A DNA stretch of 64,000 nt, taken from Bugula neritina (Eukaryota; Animalia; Bryozoa). Within the stretch, counting starts at the first letter, position 1. The number at the start of each line of letters is the position of its first letter. Positions 49,788 to 64,000 of the stretch are shown in pieces. Both the position numbers and the translations under genes were made by a program. Where the stretch lies: positions 8,500,973-8,564,972 of the forward strand of contig OZ037770.1 in the NCBI GenBank assembly GCA_964035545.1. Reading direction: 5' to 3'. The notes beneath the pieces were generated by a model. That model ran no database searches and was not told the DNA's origin. It saw nothing but the letters and a program-made list of their open reading frames with translations.

Positions 49788-52700
49788 TCAGGTGCTAACG
49801 GGCACGTCCCCTGGCTTCAGAGTCTTTAAGGAGATGGCGCCCTCCTTCATGTGTATATTCTGGATGTGTCTCTTGAGAGGGGCCTGCTGGGTGGCAGCGT
49901 AGGAGCAGAACGGGCAGCGGTGAGGCCTTTCACCACTGTGAGTCCGTATATGTACAATGAGACGCTGCCGTGTCAGCGCACAGTAGCCGCATATCTGGCA
50001 GGTGTGAGTGTGTGTATAACTAGTGGAGCATATCTACAGAATATACAGTGGAGCATATCTACAGAAGATACAGTAGAGCATATCTACAGAACAGCATATC
50101 TACAGAAGATACAGTAGAGCATATCTACAGAACAGCATATCTACAGAAATAAATAAGATCATAATTCATTCAACCTTACTTAGGCAAACAGAGTGAAAGA
50201 ACCTTATTTCGATGGCATAACCATAATAGTGACTTTAAAAATACTCACTTACCTTTATTGTTACATGTAATGTACTTCTATATCTCACTCACTCAGTGAT
50301 ATCTAGTGACATATACCTCTACATCTAGTTACATATATCTAGTAGCATGTACTTTTATATAACTATCTACCTGTGATTTCAGGTGTTGCTGGTAATCCGT
50401 TTTAGATGTAAACCTCTCGTTACATCGCCGACATCTCATCCTCTGTGACCCCATATTGGATTTCTCGTTGTTCGCTGCTGCAACATCATTCAAGTTCGAG
50501 TTGTTGTGATTTTCTTCTTTCAATCCTTGAAAAAACAGAAAATCAAACAATTGGGCATAAGCAATATCAATGCTATGACAGATAACTCCGGTCAAGACAG
50601 AATGACATGACATGACATGAGTGACAACTGAAGACAGGTGTTTCCATATCTGTCAGTTGTTTGAAGCTTTTAAAAATATTTTAAAACCTGAGTAAACAAA
50701 TATCATAATTTACCAATTCTTTGAATATGACTTACATTGCAACACCAGGAAATACAAGTAGCAAAAGACAGCATTGTAAACTCACCAACATTCTTCGGTG
50801 TTTTACGTTTCTTTCTAATCTTATTTCCCGGCATGTGAGCTGAGGGAGGCGTAGCCTCAGAGCCGCTATACCCTGCTAGACCGGCTAGAGTTGACGGAGA
50901 AATTGCGGACAGGTCCGGGAATGGTAGAATGTCATTTGTCAGACAGCTCAATGATTGGTCGGCAATACAGGAGAGGTCAATGGAATCACTCAGCAATGAG
51001 CTCTCCGACAGATAATTGTTAGAAACCGGATAGTCAGAAGGGACAAACGTGTGTTGTGAAGTCGACACGAAGGGCCCACAACCCCCTCCAGCTTCTGTGT
51101 CCTTCGGCTCACTAGACACGAGGGAGTTGTCTACATTATACGGGGTGGAAGTGAAGAGATCAGCTTCAGAGACAGACTGGCTCACATGTGTGGACTGGCC
51201 AGCGACCGTCTCCACATCATTGTTTACACGAGGTGCTGAGGCTACACTCGGTGCCGATACTGTTAACTCACTACCTGTACTATGTGGAGGTGGCGTCTGC
51301 ACAGAGGTGCTGACTAGCAAGTTCTCCAGCAGAGGTAGACTGGAGCTGGCAGCTTCTACAGCCGGCTGCTCTCCACCAGAGTTCACGCTGACTTCAGAGG
51401 TCGGAAGTTCAAGGTTACTCGCTGGGAGATGAGAAACTGCTTTACCGGCGGAAGACCACGGGATATATCTTGGGACAGTGCTCTTTCTCTTGCGTGGTTT
51501 GACGCTGTCATGTATGGCAGGAAGTATGTGGCGCGGCAGCAGTGATACAGTGTTACTCCGCACTGTCTCGGCCACCTAGCAATACAACATGTATGATAAT
51601 AATGATAATACAAAGTATGGATGAAACTTGGCATATTCATTGCAACCAGGTATTCCTCTGAAATGCATGGACACACTGCTGACATAGCAAAACTTGTACA
51701 CATATACTTTAAACTGTTTAAACAACCATTAGTTGCACTCAACTAAAATAATTTCTTTCCTCGTGGATATGGGGCGTGTTATACACCCACCTGCAATCCA
51801 TTTATTACAATTTATTTTAATTGGCCCGTTGAAAATAAATATTTGGAATAATTTTCACTTTTCTATTGTCATAATAAAAAACTTTAAAATCACTGTTGTT
51901 TATGTTACACTGTATCACCGGAAAGTGACTAGAAAGTGACTGGCAGAAGGTTAGAGCTACCACCTTTAAATAAGTAACATTTTATCAACAAAACATTCCC
52001 TGTCCTCTTATATACATGTATACCCTGAGTTACTATATTCATGCCTTACAGAAGGATGACTAATAATTATTTGCTGCCAACAAACCGCTGCTTGGATAGT
52101 CAGAGCTACATTCACTCATGTTGTTTTATCCAGTTATAATGATTGAGCATTGTTTTGAAAATTAGCACCACATTAAGTAATAGTAATACTAGCATATATT
52201 TGAAGGCTCAAGCTATGCAAATCTCAGTTGTGAGACCATTACTCCAAACAATACAAATCTATTAATAATCATAGCAGGTACAAACTGCAAAAACAAAACT
52301 TTCATGAGATGGTTTAGCTACGAAGAGTTGTCTTTTCTTGGAGAATTAGTGACGTTAAAGTCGGTTTTAAAATAACAATAATACTTTTGGTGATATGGAA
52401 AGTCTGTTTACAACTATTATAAAACATCAACATTAAACACTGGCAGCTATTTTAAAACTTTTAAAAATAAGAAGAAAAACCTGTTCAATTATTCACAACT
52501 CATTGCCAATAGTTTACTTTAGTAATTGCTGGTGTTCAAATCCTGGAACAGACAACTCCAAATAAAACTAAGAACTAAATTTAATGAGTTTAATACTTGA
52601 ATGACTTTATTAAGAGATGGGGTCAGTTGTGAGACATGTAATTGATGATGTCGGGAAGAGCATGCAGCATCATTAAATGGGGTAAAACAAACCGACAAAG

Positions 52701-54135
52701 GGTTCGGCCATAAACAAGAGTGAATTTATTTGTAGCGATTTAGAATCAATAGGGTTTCATTAAAAATACTTTTTAATTGACCAAAGCAAAATGTGTATAA
52801 AATAACATTATGATTATGTCCAAATTGGAACAACACCAGCAGTTTGATATTAAATTCATGTATCCCGTGTGTTTTTCTGATGATTTAGTCAAAATATTGA
52901 AACACAGCTTGTAAAGCAACCCTATTTCACTCTCTCCACTCTCCCTTCAACTGCACATTGAAAAAATAAAAAGCCCACAGTTAATGTCATAGCCCCAGCA
53001 AACATACCCTCTTAGAACAAAGGGAGTGCAACTTCTTCCTCGGCTCTCTAGTGGGAAAGGAAAGATGCTTTCTCAACAATTTATCCAGATTGTTAGACTT
53101 AGTCGTTTGATTGGTGACCTGATTGACGGGCATTTGGGAGATGTCAGGTACCAGCCCTTAAATTAGAGAATACCACAGTGCGGGTTGATTGGGAGTTGTA
53201 ATGTAAAAAAATCTGACAGACAATTAATTTAAGGGATACTTAATAACTAAGCTGAAATAAACACGTGCACTTGCCAGCAGTCTTAGTTAACATAAACATT
53301 TGAGTTTATTAGTTTCGATTAATAAACCAACAATTACCAACATTCATACCTGAAGGTTGTGGTTTGACAGCAACTACAGATATGTCAGCCTGTGACTCTG
53401 TCATACTTTGCCTTCTTTCCCTGAATGAAAAAAAGTGAATGATAACTTTTACTACTCAGAGTTGCTGGCTTATAATATGCTCTAAGTGAAGCTTATGATT
53501 CTAAAAAAACTCCAATGGGCAATATTCTTCTATTTTGATGTATTTACTAATATTTCGTCTTTATCTGTATCAGTATTTGCTTCAGCTTACTAATTAAATA
53601 TGAGTGATGCAATGATAACATGCCTGTCACTAATGGTGATGGGGAGAACTGGGAAATGGCCAGTTGCTGGTTCCCCGGACGGTGTATTTGGTCTGAGAAA
53701 CATACTCTGTAATGTACTCGTCATACAGATGTCACCGTCTCCCTCTCCTCCCTCATCCTGTCACATAACAATACACTTTACAGACCTGCCTTACAGACCT
53801 GCCTTACAGACCCCAAGTCATTATTCCCTCCTACACATTCATTTGAAGATATCTATCAGACTTTCAAAGAATACAACAGCCTATACAAATACTATTCGCA
53901 TAAGTTTCATCACTTCTGAGTCAAAGAATTCTGGGTAATATTTAGCTGAACCAACCTTTGTAACAGCAGCGACAAGTGCTTTTTTCAGCATTTCTACTTT
54001 GAGAAAAGCACTCACAATCTGTTTAGAATTGAAAGTGATAACAGCAGTAATGAGTAGTTTCATGTCTGCAACTGAGATAGTCTTGTCTAACGCTGATTGC
54101 GCAGGCAGCACCGCTTCATCTGCGCAATCTTCCAT
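49788..54135 (-). CDS. C2H2 zinc-finger protein (exons ~54135-53887, 53757-53624, 53420-53350, 53156-53008, 51575-50786, 50525-50371, 50033-49788)
   Basis: Last exon CQICGY...RLIVHIRTH-SGERPH-RCPFCSY...LKRHIQNIH. Penultimate exon CRRCNERF....YQQHLK. Long Ser/Pro-rich exon. Phases are consistent if one GC donor is accepted. The 5' exons are less certain. Confidence 0.75.
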
Positions 54136-56561
54136 TTCACCTGCGAGAAATGATAATGTTTGCTAAAAGAAGGTGGTGGATAACTTTCTCTTTTCCAGTA
54201 GTTATTGCTTACATGTAAAACTGTAGTCATTTTATAAACTGTCATTCTTCTTAAACTCATTCAATTGTAAACAAAGAAGGGCCTTGCAACCTTTTAGAGC
54301 CCTTTTCTTTTATGTTCAGCATGACTTAACTATGGTTATTTATGCATTTTTCAGGTGATTAAGTTTGAATAGTGAATCAGTTGGCTATGGTTATAATTAT
54401 GACATGATACACCAGTCAACATTAGGACGACACAGTATTGCTTCTACAGCACTAATTCTCCTTTAATAGTCAGTTACTTATTAGAAAAGTAAATAAAATA
54501 TACAAATTGGTATAAACTTCTATTTTATATTCTACTTGAGTTTTAATGGTGGGCTTGTTTTAATTTTAGCAATAATACTAATTTGAATAACTGATAAATA
54601 GAACTGGTAATTAAACTTATTAACTACTCAACGTAGAGTACTTATAGCTTGTTTATTTTCATGTTACCAAACATGATTTTCATATAATGAATTTTAAAAG
54701 TTTTTGAAACGCCTTGTCCATGAAAAGTTTGCATTTTCTGCAATGAGTGAATTTGTTTTCTTCATGTTACTAGAACTACTATTGCTTTATTTTATATTTC
54801 AACAACACGATATTTTATTCTACAAACCAACTTATTTTGCTTGATTGACTTAGTAGCTATCTTATATTACCTAACCAAGCATCATTTATATATGAATAAT
54901 GCGTTTATTATATATTTTTTCTCGTTTTTATTCAATAGAGTTAATAGCCAAAACCACTTTTTTAACCATCAACTACTCTTGCAACTATTATTAAACGTTT
55001 CTGCTACCTAGTACTTTTTTGTATTAACTGAGAGCTTGAGGCAGACTTGAACAACATAGGAGGTTGAATTTGTCCAAAATATTAGTATCATTCAACATTT
55101 CATAATGCATTCATGGGACAAGTTTACCCCCCTGAATTTGTTTTTGCATAATGAATAAGGTACAACATATACAATTTTTTGTTCGTAAAAGTAGAAATTT
55201 GAGAGACAAATATCATCATTATGAACTAAATACTATGTGGGGTTCAGCACTTGACATTGAAAGGCAGCTGATTCTTGTAGCTGAGAATGCTCAAAGTTAT
55301 TTATTAAATGCATATTGATACTTGTCAGTTTGTAAAAATATACGAAAAAAACTGTATTGAAAAGGGTGCTAAACTTCAATGAAAGTTTGCCAAAAATAAA
55401 CACATTACCCATTTTTCTGGTTAAAAATCAGAATGAATGAATGAATGAATGTGCTTTGGAATTTTGTAAAAAGGTTGATGTCAAAGAGATTTTCATGCAG
55501 TAAAAACTTTGGTTTTTACTGCAGTTGTCACATTGCTTATATTGTCACTATTACTATTACTGTGGCACTGAATTACATTAATTTTAATAAAATAAAAATA
55601 TTATTATACATAAATTATCTATAATTATAATAATAAATAGCATTAATTATAATTATTGATTAAAATAAATAGCTATAGCTAAGGACCTATTTAGATGGGG
55701 CACCGGAGCAATTATGACTAGAAGTGGATGTTCTGCCTAACATTACCTAATGGTAATAGTAATAGTTATACTTATACTTATAGTAATTCACAATTGTGAT
55801 AGTGATACTAACACCAAGTGGTAATATTAATAAAAATACTAAAAATTGATAGAGAATCTAATACTAATGGCAATACTAATACTAATAGCAATACTATGTT
55901 AAACAATGAATTATTATTATAATTTAATTATTTATTAATTATTAATGTTGATATTATACTAATACTAATAGTAATACTAATAGTGTAATACTAATAGTAA
56001 TAGTAATACTAATAGTTACTGTTAGTTTTACAATAACTCAATAAGTATTAGTATAACATCTGTACGTACACGACTAAAAATGAACGTACGTGTAACACTA
56101 ATACTAATAGTAATATTAATACTAATACTTAATAGTAATACTAATAGTAATACTATTACTAATACTAATAGTGCTATGATTAGATTTACACTTAGTGTCA
56201 CGCCGCAGTCACTACCACTATCAGAATGATAAAATCATAAGTAAAAGTTCAACTTCAAGTTGAAGTTAACCTTTATTTAATAAACTAAAAGTAAAATTAA
56301 AACTAAACGTTTTAGTTAAAGTTAATATTAATATTATTCTTAGCGTATCAATTAAACAATACCATGAACTGCTTGTGAATAAAACTAAAAATGTATTTTA
56401 ATTAAATTTATATTAAATTATTCGTTTATAACAACAGTTTACTTGTTTATTTGAGTTTGTTAGTCAAGAATTGTTAGGCTAGAGAATGAGATACTGATAT
56501 TTATAATGATAGTAGGATACTTATACTGATTGTCATTGTATAAATAATGGTATACAAAGAA

Positions 56562-56709
56562 ATTGTTCTATGAGCAGCTCCAAATTGGGTGTGACTGAGT
56601 GCAGTAGTTTGGAGTGCTCGAGTTTTACGGTAGGCCCCCAATTTCAACTTAAGAACTTTAAACTACTGCACTCAGTCATCCCCAACTTGAAGCTGTTTAT
56701 AGAACAATT
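56562..56709. repeat. ~150-bp imperfect palindrome (foldback/MITE)
   Basis: attgttctatgagcagctccaaattggg..tgactgagtgcagtagttt pairs with aaactactgcactcagtcatcccaacttgaagctgtttatagaacaat. Confidence 0.75.
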
Positions 56710-58505
56710 CAGTATCAAGTAGTATCTTTTTTGACCTTGAACTTGTGTAAGTGCCCAAAACACAATCTACGTTACTTTAAACAATTGTCCGCGGAATGCA
56801 TCTGCGAAGCCACTAGTTTCCGGTTTATGGGCATGAGAGAAGAAAATGTTTTCATTGACTTTGAGTGCATCATAGATTGATAGTGATAGAGGTAGTCCAC
56901 CCAAGAGTAGACGTTTCTCCATTCGTAACCACTGCGCTCACATCTATGTTCATATTATCCTAACAAAGTAAGCTTGCCATTTTTTTCTAGTAGTTAACCA
57001 AAATATCACCAAGTCCAATGTAATGCAATAAATATAATTCAGTGATAATCATAATAATAAAATTAATTATTATGGTATTTTATTTAATAACTTATTATTA
57101 TTAAATATTTTAATAATATAAATTACAATATGAATATAACTATAAATTTTAATTTTATAACACTATAAGTATAAGTCTAAGTTAGTCATTTCAAGCACTA
57201 GGTCTTGACCATGTTCATAGTGATAGTGTCATAGTGATAGCGATGCCAGAAAAAGCTTCCCGGCATAATTATTCCTGACTCACAGCTAGATTCCTCAAAT
57301 CATGTTGCCAGCACAGTGAGACTGAGAGGCACAGTCCTTAATTCCTAGTTTCGGTTTGTTAACATTTGATTTTGCTTTGAGGTGTAAAACTAAACACTTA
57401 GAGAAACTAAAAGACAAGCCAATTTCCAGCTTCAATTTGTGTCATGATAACATTAAGTGATAATACTAAGTCTAATAGAGATGGAATATTGTTATTAATA
57501 TGCATTTCTTGATAATCATAGTGCAGCCTGCTGGATGGTTTTCATATTCTAAAAACATCACACTTCAAAGCTTGAAAAAAAACCTCATCATATGGTCAGA
57601 ATGTTGAGATTTAATGTAACTGTACATAAGGCATTACTGGGGTCTGGTTAATGGCAAGCTCGTGATAGCACCCTAAACATTAGGCTATAACATCAGGGAA
57701 ATTCATGTCAGATTCTACTTTTTAAGTTTTAATTTGATAAGTCGTATGCAAGATGCAAGCCTACTGAGTAAGTCTGTTGCTATGTGCTACTCGATAATTA
57801 CTGTTGACTAACTAGCATCTGCCTGAAATCTTCAACCCTTTTGCAAGACAGTTCCATTGTTAAATTTTCTTTGGGTTACATTCAATAAAAAACATGAGTT
57901 ATCATGCTTCACTTGAAAATTACAATTCTAAATTAGTCAATTATATTATTCTTCTAGCCATATATAGAATCGGTGTAGTTACCTCACAATGTAAACAAAC
58001 ATGGCCAAGATTAGTTCAATTTTAGTTACTTTTCTACGGTGTTTTCACACAACTTACTTTGCTAAATTTTAATTACTAGAGTTGAGCACTTTTTGTGAAT
58101 TCAGAAAAAGATTAAGCAATTCCAACCTAAGTAATGATATACCTTGTGCAATGTATAAATGGGGTGACGGTGAAGGCTTTTTGAGTTCGTGGTCAAGCCT
58201 TAGAACCTTCTCACTATGCTCTCAACATGAGGTTCTGCTTGTAGTCCATTAGTAATTATAACTGGAAGCCTTCGTCTGGCATTACATGATAGGATTCAAA
58301 CACATAACTTGTCAGATTTTGTTATCATAGGTCTACTCCTTAACCACTAGACCGCAACAGCATCCTAACACTCTATACTGTTTATTCTTGGCTGTGAGCT
58401 ACTTACTACACTAGTATGTAGTATGTAGTCTACAGTCTACACAAACACTGGGCTCTTAGTTGCAAAGGAGAATCATTCTGAAATATTAGCATTCTTATGT
58501 TTTAG

Positions 58506-61500
58506 ATGGCTGCTAAAAGATTTGCCTCTTTACTTTTTGGAAACTCTATGAGAGCTGTTGCTGTGAGTGCACAGAGAAATGCCCGGAAATTCTATTCTGC
58601 TGGGTAACTCCATTATTGACATTTTTCTGGGTTTACATAATTTCACCTATTCTAATAAGTTTGCTTGCTTGATAGTATAAAAAATTTAGTAATAGATACG
58701 TGCACATTTTATTAGAAATGTTATTCGATTTTGTATTATTAAATTTTAGGGCGTTGTTGGCTGCAACTGGTGGAGCCATGATGGGTACTGCTATGGTAAA
58801 TATTTTAGTAATCTAAAAGCTTGAATAGTAAAGGTTAATTTATAGTAATGCTATGTGCTTCTAAACATAGGAACAGTATTTCTATTAGGTTATTCAACAG
58901 TTAATTGTTGTCAAAGATTTTTGAACCAGGATAAATTTTATAAAAATATGCTGGTTTGTAATATGTTCTAGAAAGTGTTTTAATTTAGTAGTTTTCAGTA
59001 TATACTTTGGTATGAAGAAGCCCAACACTAACCCAACCTTGATGTTGATTTGAAGCTGCTGGCTCTAAATTTATGAATTTTATCATTAAAGTTACTCTAG
59101 AGTTCCTCTTCTTTGGCAGTTGACTTCAAATTTAAAATGAGATGTCTTTGACTTGTTATTCTGTATTTTTCAAATATCTGTCTGTACTAATGCTGCAAGT
59201 AATATCACCCTAGCGTCAGGAAATGAAAGGAATTTCTTTTGTTTATTAGATAGTAGCGAAGGACCCTATTGGTTTGGACGACGAAGAGATGAAAATCAAC
59301 ATTGAGGAATTTATGTGTCGGCCAATCACAGACATGAATACATTAGAGAAGTCTGAAGAAATGATGCACAAAATGGAATTGCTGTGCATGCAGCTACAAG
59401 GTCAACTCTGTCGAGAGTTGGAACGCATTGAGGGCACCACGAAATTCCGAGTTGATAGATGGCTCAAGTGTGAGGTGGTTACTCTATTCTCTTCTTAGTT
59501 GTATGTCACAGCATTATATCAGTCATTCACTATGGTTGTAATATGCATTCTATTCCAATGCGTTGTAGTCTAGTTTCTGTTTTATCATATTGTAGTTTAT
59601 ATCATCAATTTATATGGTTGACTTATACCATATCAACTACTACTATTATTATATCATAGTCTATCATACCAATACTCTGTTCTATCACTGCTACTATATC
59701 AGGAGCTCAAACTTGTCTTACTATTATGTCACAACCTCTACCATATCGTATCACAACCTTTACCATATCGTATCACAACCTTTACCATATCGTATCACAA
59801 CCTTTACCATATCGTATCACAACCTTTATCATATCGTATCACAATGTCTACCATATCGTATCACAACCTCTACCAAATCGTATCACAACCTTTACCATAT
59901 CGTATCACAACCTTTACCATATCGTATCACAATGTCTACCACATCTAAACTTCTACCATTATATCTCAACATTCATTATATCATATCACAGCTTCCACTA
60001 TATCATGCATTAAACCATCATCTATTCATTCTCACCAGCCTGATAAAACTAAGATGAACGCTATACATGACTACGAGCACAAGTGTCAACAGAAAGTGTG
60101 GGACAGCGCTGCCTTTCCAATGCTGCTCGAGAGAAAGGCTGGCAATGAAGAGCTCTTTGAGGTTCTTCTATCCTCTCACTCATCACTATCACACTATACA
60201 CTATCATACTAGTAACTCTACACTATCATACTACTAACTATACACTATCATACTAATAACTCTACACTATCATACTACTAACTCTACACTATCATACTAC
60301 TAACTCTACACTATCATAACAGTAACTCTACACTATCATACTAGTAACTATACACTATCACACTAGTAACTCTACACTATCATACTAGTAACTATACACT
60401 ATCATACTAGTAACTCTACACTATCATACTAGTAACTCTTCACTACCATACTAGTAACTCTACACTATCATACTAGTAACTATACACTATCATACTAGTA
60501 ACTATACACTATCATACTACTAACTATACACTATCATACTAGTAACTATACACTATCATACTAGTAACTCTAAACTATCATACTATTAACTCTACACTAT
60601 CATACTAGTAAATCTACGCTATCATACTAATAACTCTACACTATCATACTAATAACTCTACACTATCATACTAGTAACTCTTCATACACTCTACACTATC
60701 ACGCCGTTAATACAAAACTTTTTTATTAGGTTTTATTCTGAAGATCATTCAAGTTCTTGACTAATAGTTATATAACTTGTTTTAGTAAATTTTATTACAA
60801 ACCTTTTAGTCTGAGCCAATAGTTATGGTTGAGATACATTCTCTTTCATTACTTATAATATAATCCGTTGCTTGTTTTTCTAGCAAATCCAAGGCGGTGG
60901 CGTCACTTGCATCATGGAAGACGGGGCGGTGTTTGAGCGTGCCGGAGTAAACATTTCAGTAGTTGGTGGCAAACTTAGATCTGAGGCTGTAAGAGCCATG
61001 AACAGTCAGTAAGTGTGTGAAGTTGGTTAATATATACTCTCGTGTGTATATTTTGTATACCAAGAGATCCTTGATCTCTACATTGAATTATTTAGGTTCT
61101 GTATTTCAAGTCCTAAATACACTGTCTTGCATTTTCTGTCTTCAGGGGCAGAGAGTTACCAGAAGATGAAGAGATGGAGTTCCGTGCAGTTGGTATCAGC
61201 TCCGTTATACATCCGGTATGTAGACATGTTACGTATTTAATAAGCATTCACACATAAGTCACACTTAATCTCTACACAAGTTGCACTTAAATCACACTTA
61301 GATCACACATAAGTCACACTTGAGCATGGGAGTTTTGCTCTCACCTTACCCAATGCCATGATTATTCAATTAATATACAAAATCAGCAGCTTGGAGTACA
61401 AGAAGTAATCTTGGTGGCATTTTCACCCTCAAATATCATTTTCAGCCTTCGCTGTAGCTAATGATGATTGAAAAGTAGAAACATTATTTCATAACATAAA

Positions 61501-63937
61501 AATTAATGACGGGAAATGTGAAACAATTTCATACACTTTAATTATTCGTCTAAGTTAATGTTTTTACTGACTCGCACCAACCAATCCTTGCTTAGGTAAT
61601 AATGGCTTGTAAATTGTATCTATAATATTCCTGCATCAGCAATATAAATACCGGCATTTGTCTTCCCTTTACCTGCCCGAAGACATAGCCTACAGAGGTA
61701 TCCAGTTTTATATGTCCACAACTTACTTGCAGTTAGTTCAGGATATTTTCTCATTTCAACGTAATATAGGAAATGGGAAATTGAATAGGCCAAGCTCTCT
61801 TATTTTCCTCATTCTGTTTGTGTTGAAATTTTTGTGGGAACATAACTTTTTTTCATACATTATTCATTTGAAGCACAGGATCTTCACAATTTCTCAGTTA
61901 CTCTGCCCGTCATATTGTATGAGAGTTGTCTGCTTTTTAGAGAAACCCAATGGTGCCCACTAAACACTTCAACTTCAGATACTTTGAAGTGATACCAGAG
62001 CTGAGTGAGAGGCAATGGTGGTTTGGGGGTGGTGCCGACCTCACCCCTTATTATCTCGATGAGAAGGTAGGCTATTGTTTCACCTATCTTGAGATTAGCT
62101 GGCTGGGTAATACTGGCTGATCAAACTAGTCCAATATTTCCTATTAGGTGCTGTATAGCACATGTGCTGTGTCTAGATTTATCTGCTCAGTTGCTGAGAT
62201 ACATTCTGATGTGTTGACTCTAAGTCACACTATGTACTACTACCAGTATTAACTCTAAGTCACTCTAACTATGTACTAGTACCAGTATTAACTCTAACTC
62301 ATTTTAACTGCGTACCTTTAGTGCTAGTATTAACTGTAACTAACTATAACTACACTCAGTCTCACTATTAACTCAGCTCTCCGTATGTTGCAGGACGTTA
62401 AGCACTTCCACTGTTCATACAAAGCAGCATGTGACCTGCACGGACCATCCTACTATCGCAGGTTCAAGAAGTGGTGCGATGATTACTTCTTTATTAAACA
62501 TCGCTGTGAGTTATTATCCCCACCTGTGTGTGTCCTGCTTTACAAACTGTGATGTTAGAGTAGCCTATGATCTGTAGTTTTAAGATTTGTTTGTTGCACA
62601 ACAAAAACACCGACTTTAGGTAGCCAGTTGGTGTTTACTGAACAGTGAAGATTGCTCCAAATTATCAATTGCAATCCTCTCCATTTTATAGTCAAGTAAT
62701 GGTGCCTGAATTAGTGTTGGCTGCTGTTTGATGCACTATAAAGCCCTGTTTTTCACACAACTGTTGAAGTATAGTACTGTACAGATGATGGAGTAGCACT
62801 ATGTATATGTATGTATATGGCTTCAAGCATGCTGCTGTGTTTTAGGCATGGGTCGCGGTGTTGGTGGTATATTCTTTGATGACTTTAAATCTAAAAATAT
62901 AGATGCCTGTTTCAATTTTGTTAAGGTGAGTGAAAAGATTTTGAGAGGTGGTTGCATGTTAATGTTAATGCAGGCTATAGTTAAGTACTTATACCTACTT
63001 TGTTGACTTACTTAATTACTTAATTTACAGTAAATACATTCTTCTTTCTATAGGATTTTGATGTATTTTTTGGAGTTGTACTGTCACTGAAAATATTGAC
63101 TAAGAGTAGACAACTACGATTTCTGTTGCAGTTTTACAAGTAATGACAATTTTTTATATAGAAGTGCTGAATATTGATGTGGATATGTATTAATTTAACT
63201 TGATAAAGTTTATGTTACTAGACACTCACTAGATACTTTTCTATTCAACAAGTGAAATGTTCAGCATTATATAAGTCCTTCCTTTATAGAAACTTCAGTT
63301 TTAAACGGAATTTATCGACTACAGTAACTTTTCAATAGGGATAGCCAGTCAACTTGTGTGACACATGAATTCTAGTCAACACAATGCCATCTCATAATTT
63401 TTGGAAATATATTTTACTCCAATTGATATATTAAATATAAAAAAATTCCATACTTGAAATTTATTCTAATTGATATTTAATCAATTGCCAAAAAGTTAAA
63501 ACTATTTTAGATAGGCAGTTAAATAACAAAGTGAAACTATATACTTGAAATTAGCCAACTGTATTACCATATTTCATCAGTTTTATTACGGGATATTAGA
63601 TGCTTCTGCTCTAATCTCTGTAACGCTAGTTAGTATTTTCTATTCACTTCTCTTTATAATTGAGTTACTATTTCTTCATGGAACTTGTATACCTCACTAC
63701 TTGTCTGTTTTCTTTCTATGCTCGTAGTCCTGCTCCAAGGCGGTTATTCCCAGCTACATTCCTATAGTCAATAAGCATAAGAACGACGGCTACGGGCTGA
63801 GGGAACGAGAATGGCAGTTGACCAGGAGAGGTCACTACACTGAGTTCAACCTCTTGTATGACAGAGGTACAAAGTTTGGTTTCTCCACACCCGGAGCTCG
63901 ACACGAGAGCATTCTGATGTCGCTGCCCCCTAGAGCC
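58506..63937 (+). CDS. CPOX: Oxygen-dependent coproporphyrinogen III oxidase, mitochondrial (9 exons visible; 3' end beyond the window)
   Basis: Presequence-like [12 protein letters not shown]...; F.VDRW; [24 protein letters not shown]; [22 protein letters not shown]; [13 protein letters not shown]; [14 protein letters not shown]; [10 protein letters not shown]; [23 protein letters not shown]; ESILMSLP. Confidence 0.96.
59725..59942. repeat. 22-bp minisatellite (tatcacaacctttaccatatcg)
   Basis: About 9-10 copies in a CPOX intron. Confidence 0.92.
60193..60700. repeat. 22-bp minisatellite (acactatcatactagtaactct)
   Basis: About 22 copies in a CPOX intron. Confidence 0.92.
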
Positions 63938-64000
63938 GTAAGTGCTGCCTTGTATTTCTTTAGAAAGATTTGTTTGGTCAGTTGGCCAGAATTATAAATT

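Overview
AT-rich, intron-rich eukaryotic (invertebrate animal-like) genomic DNA with no prokaryotic features. The left three quarters is a tandem segmental duplication (~3.3-15.2 kb vs ~27.8-49.7 kb). Each copy holds three co-oriented minus-strand genes: a secreted cysteine-rich modular peptide gene and two divergent torsin-family AAA+ ATPase genes, with reciprocal pseudogenisation between copies. The region is full of retroelements: a young full-length BEL/Pao element, Gypsy relics and solo LTRs, a Penelope-like element (PLE), LINE fragments, SINEs and MITEs. The most striking feature is an intronless open ~1.1-kb piece of TNRC6/GW182 (silencing domain only). It is bracketed by inverted, hammerhead-ribozyme-derived PLE-type termini in (AT)n and sits antisense inside the cysteine-rich gene. 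Two complete minimal hammerhead ribozymes are also present. The right end holds a C2H2 zinc-finger gene (-) and a divergently oriented coproporphyrinogen III oxidase gene (+, runs off the window). Exon models were built by hand from splice signals and frame continuity, not from transcript data.
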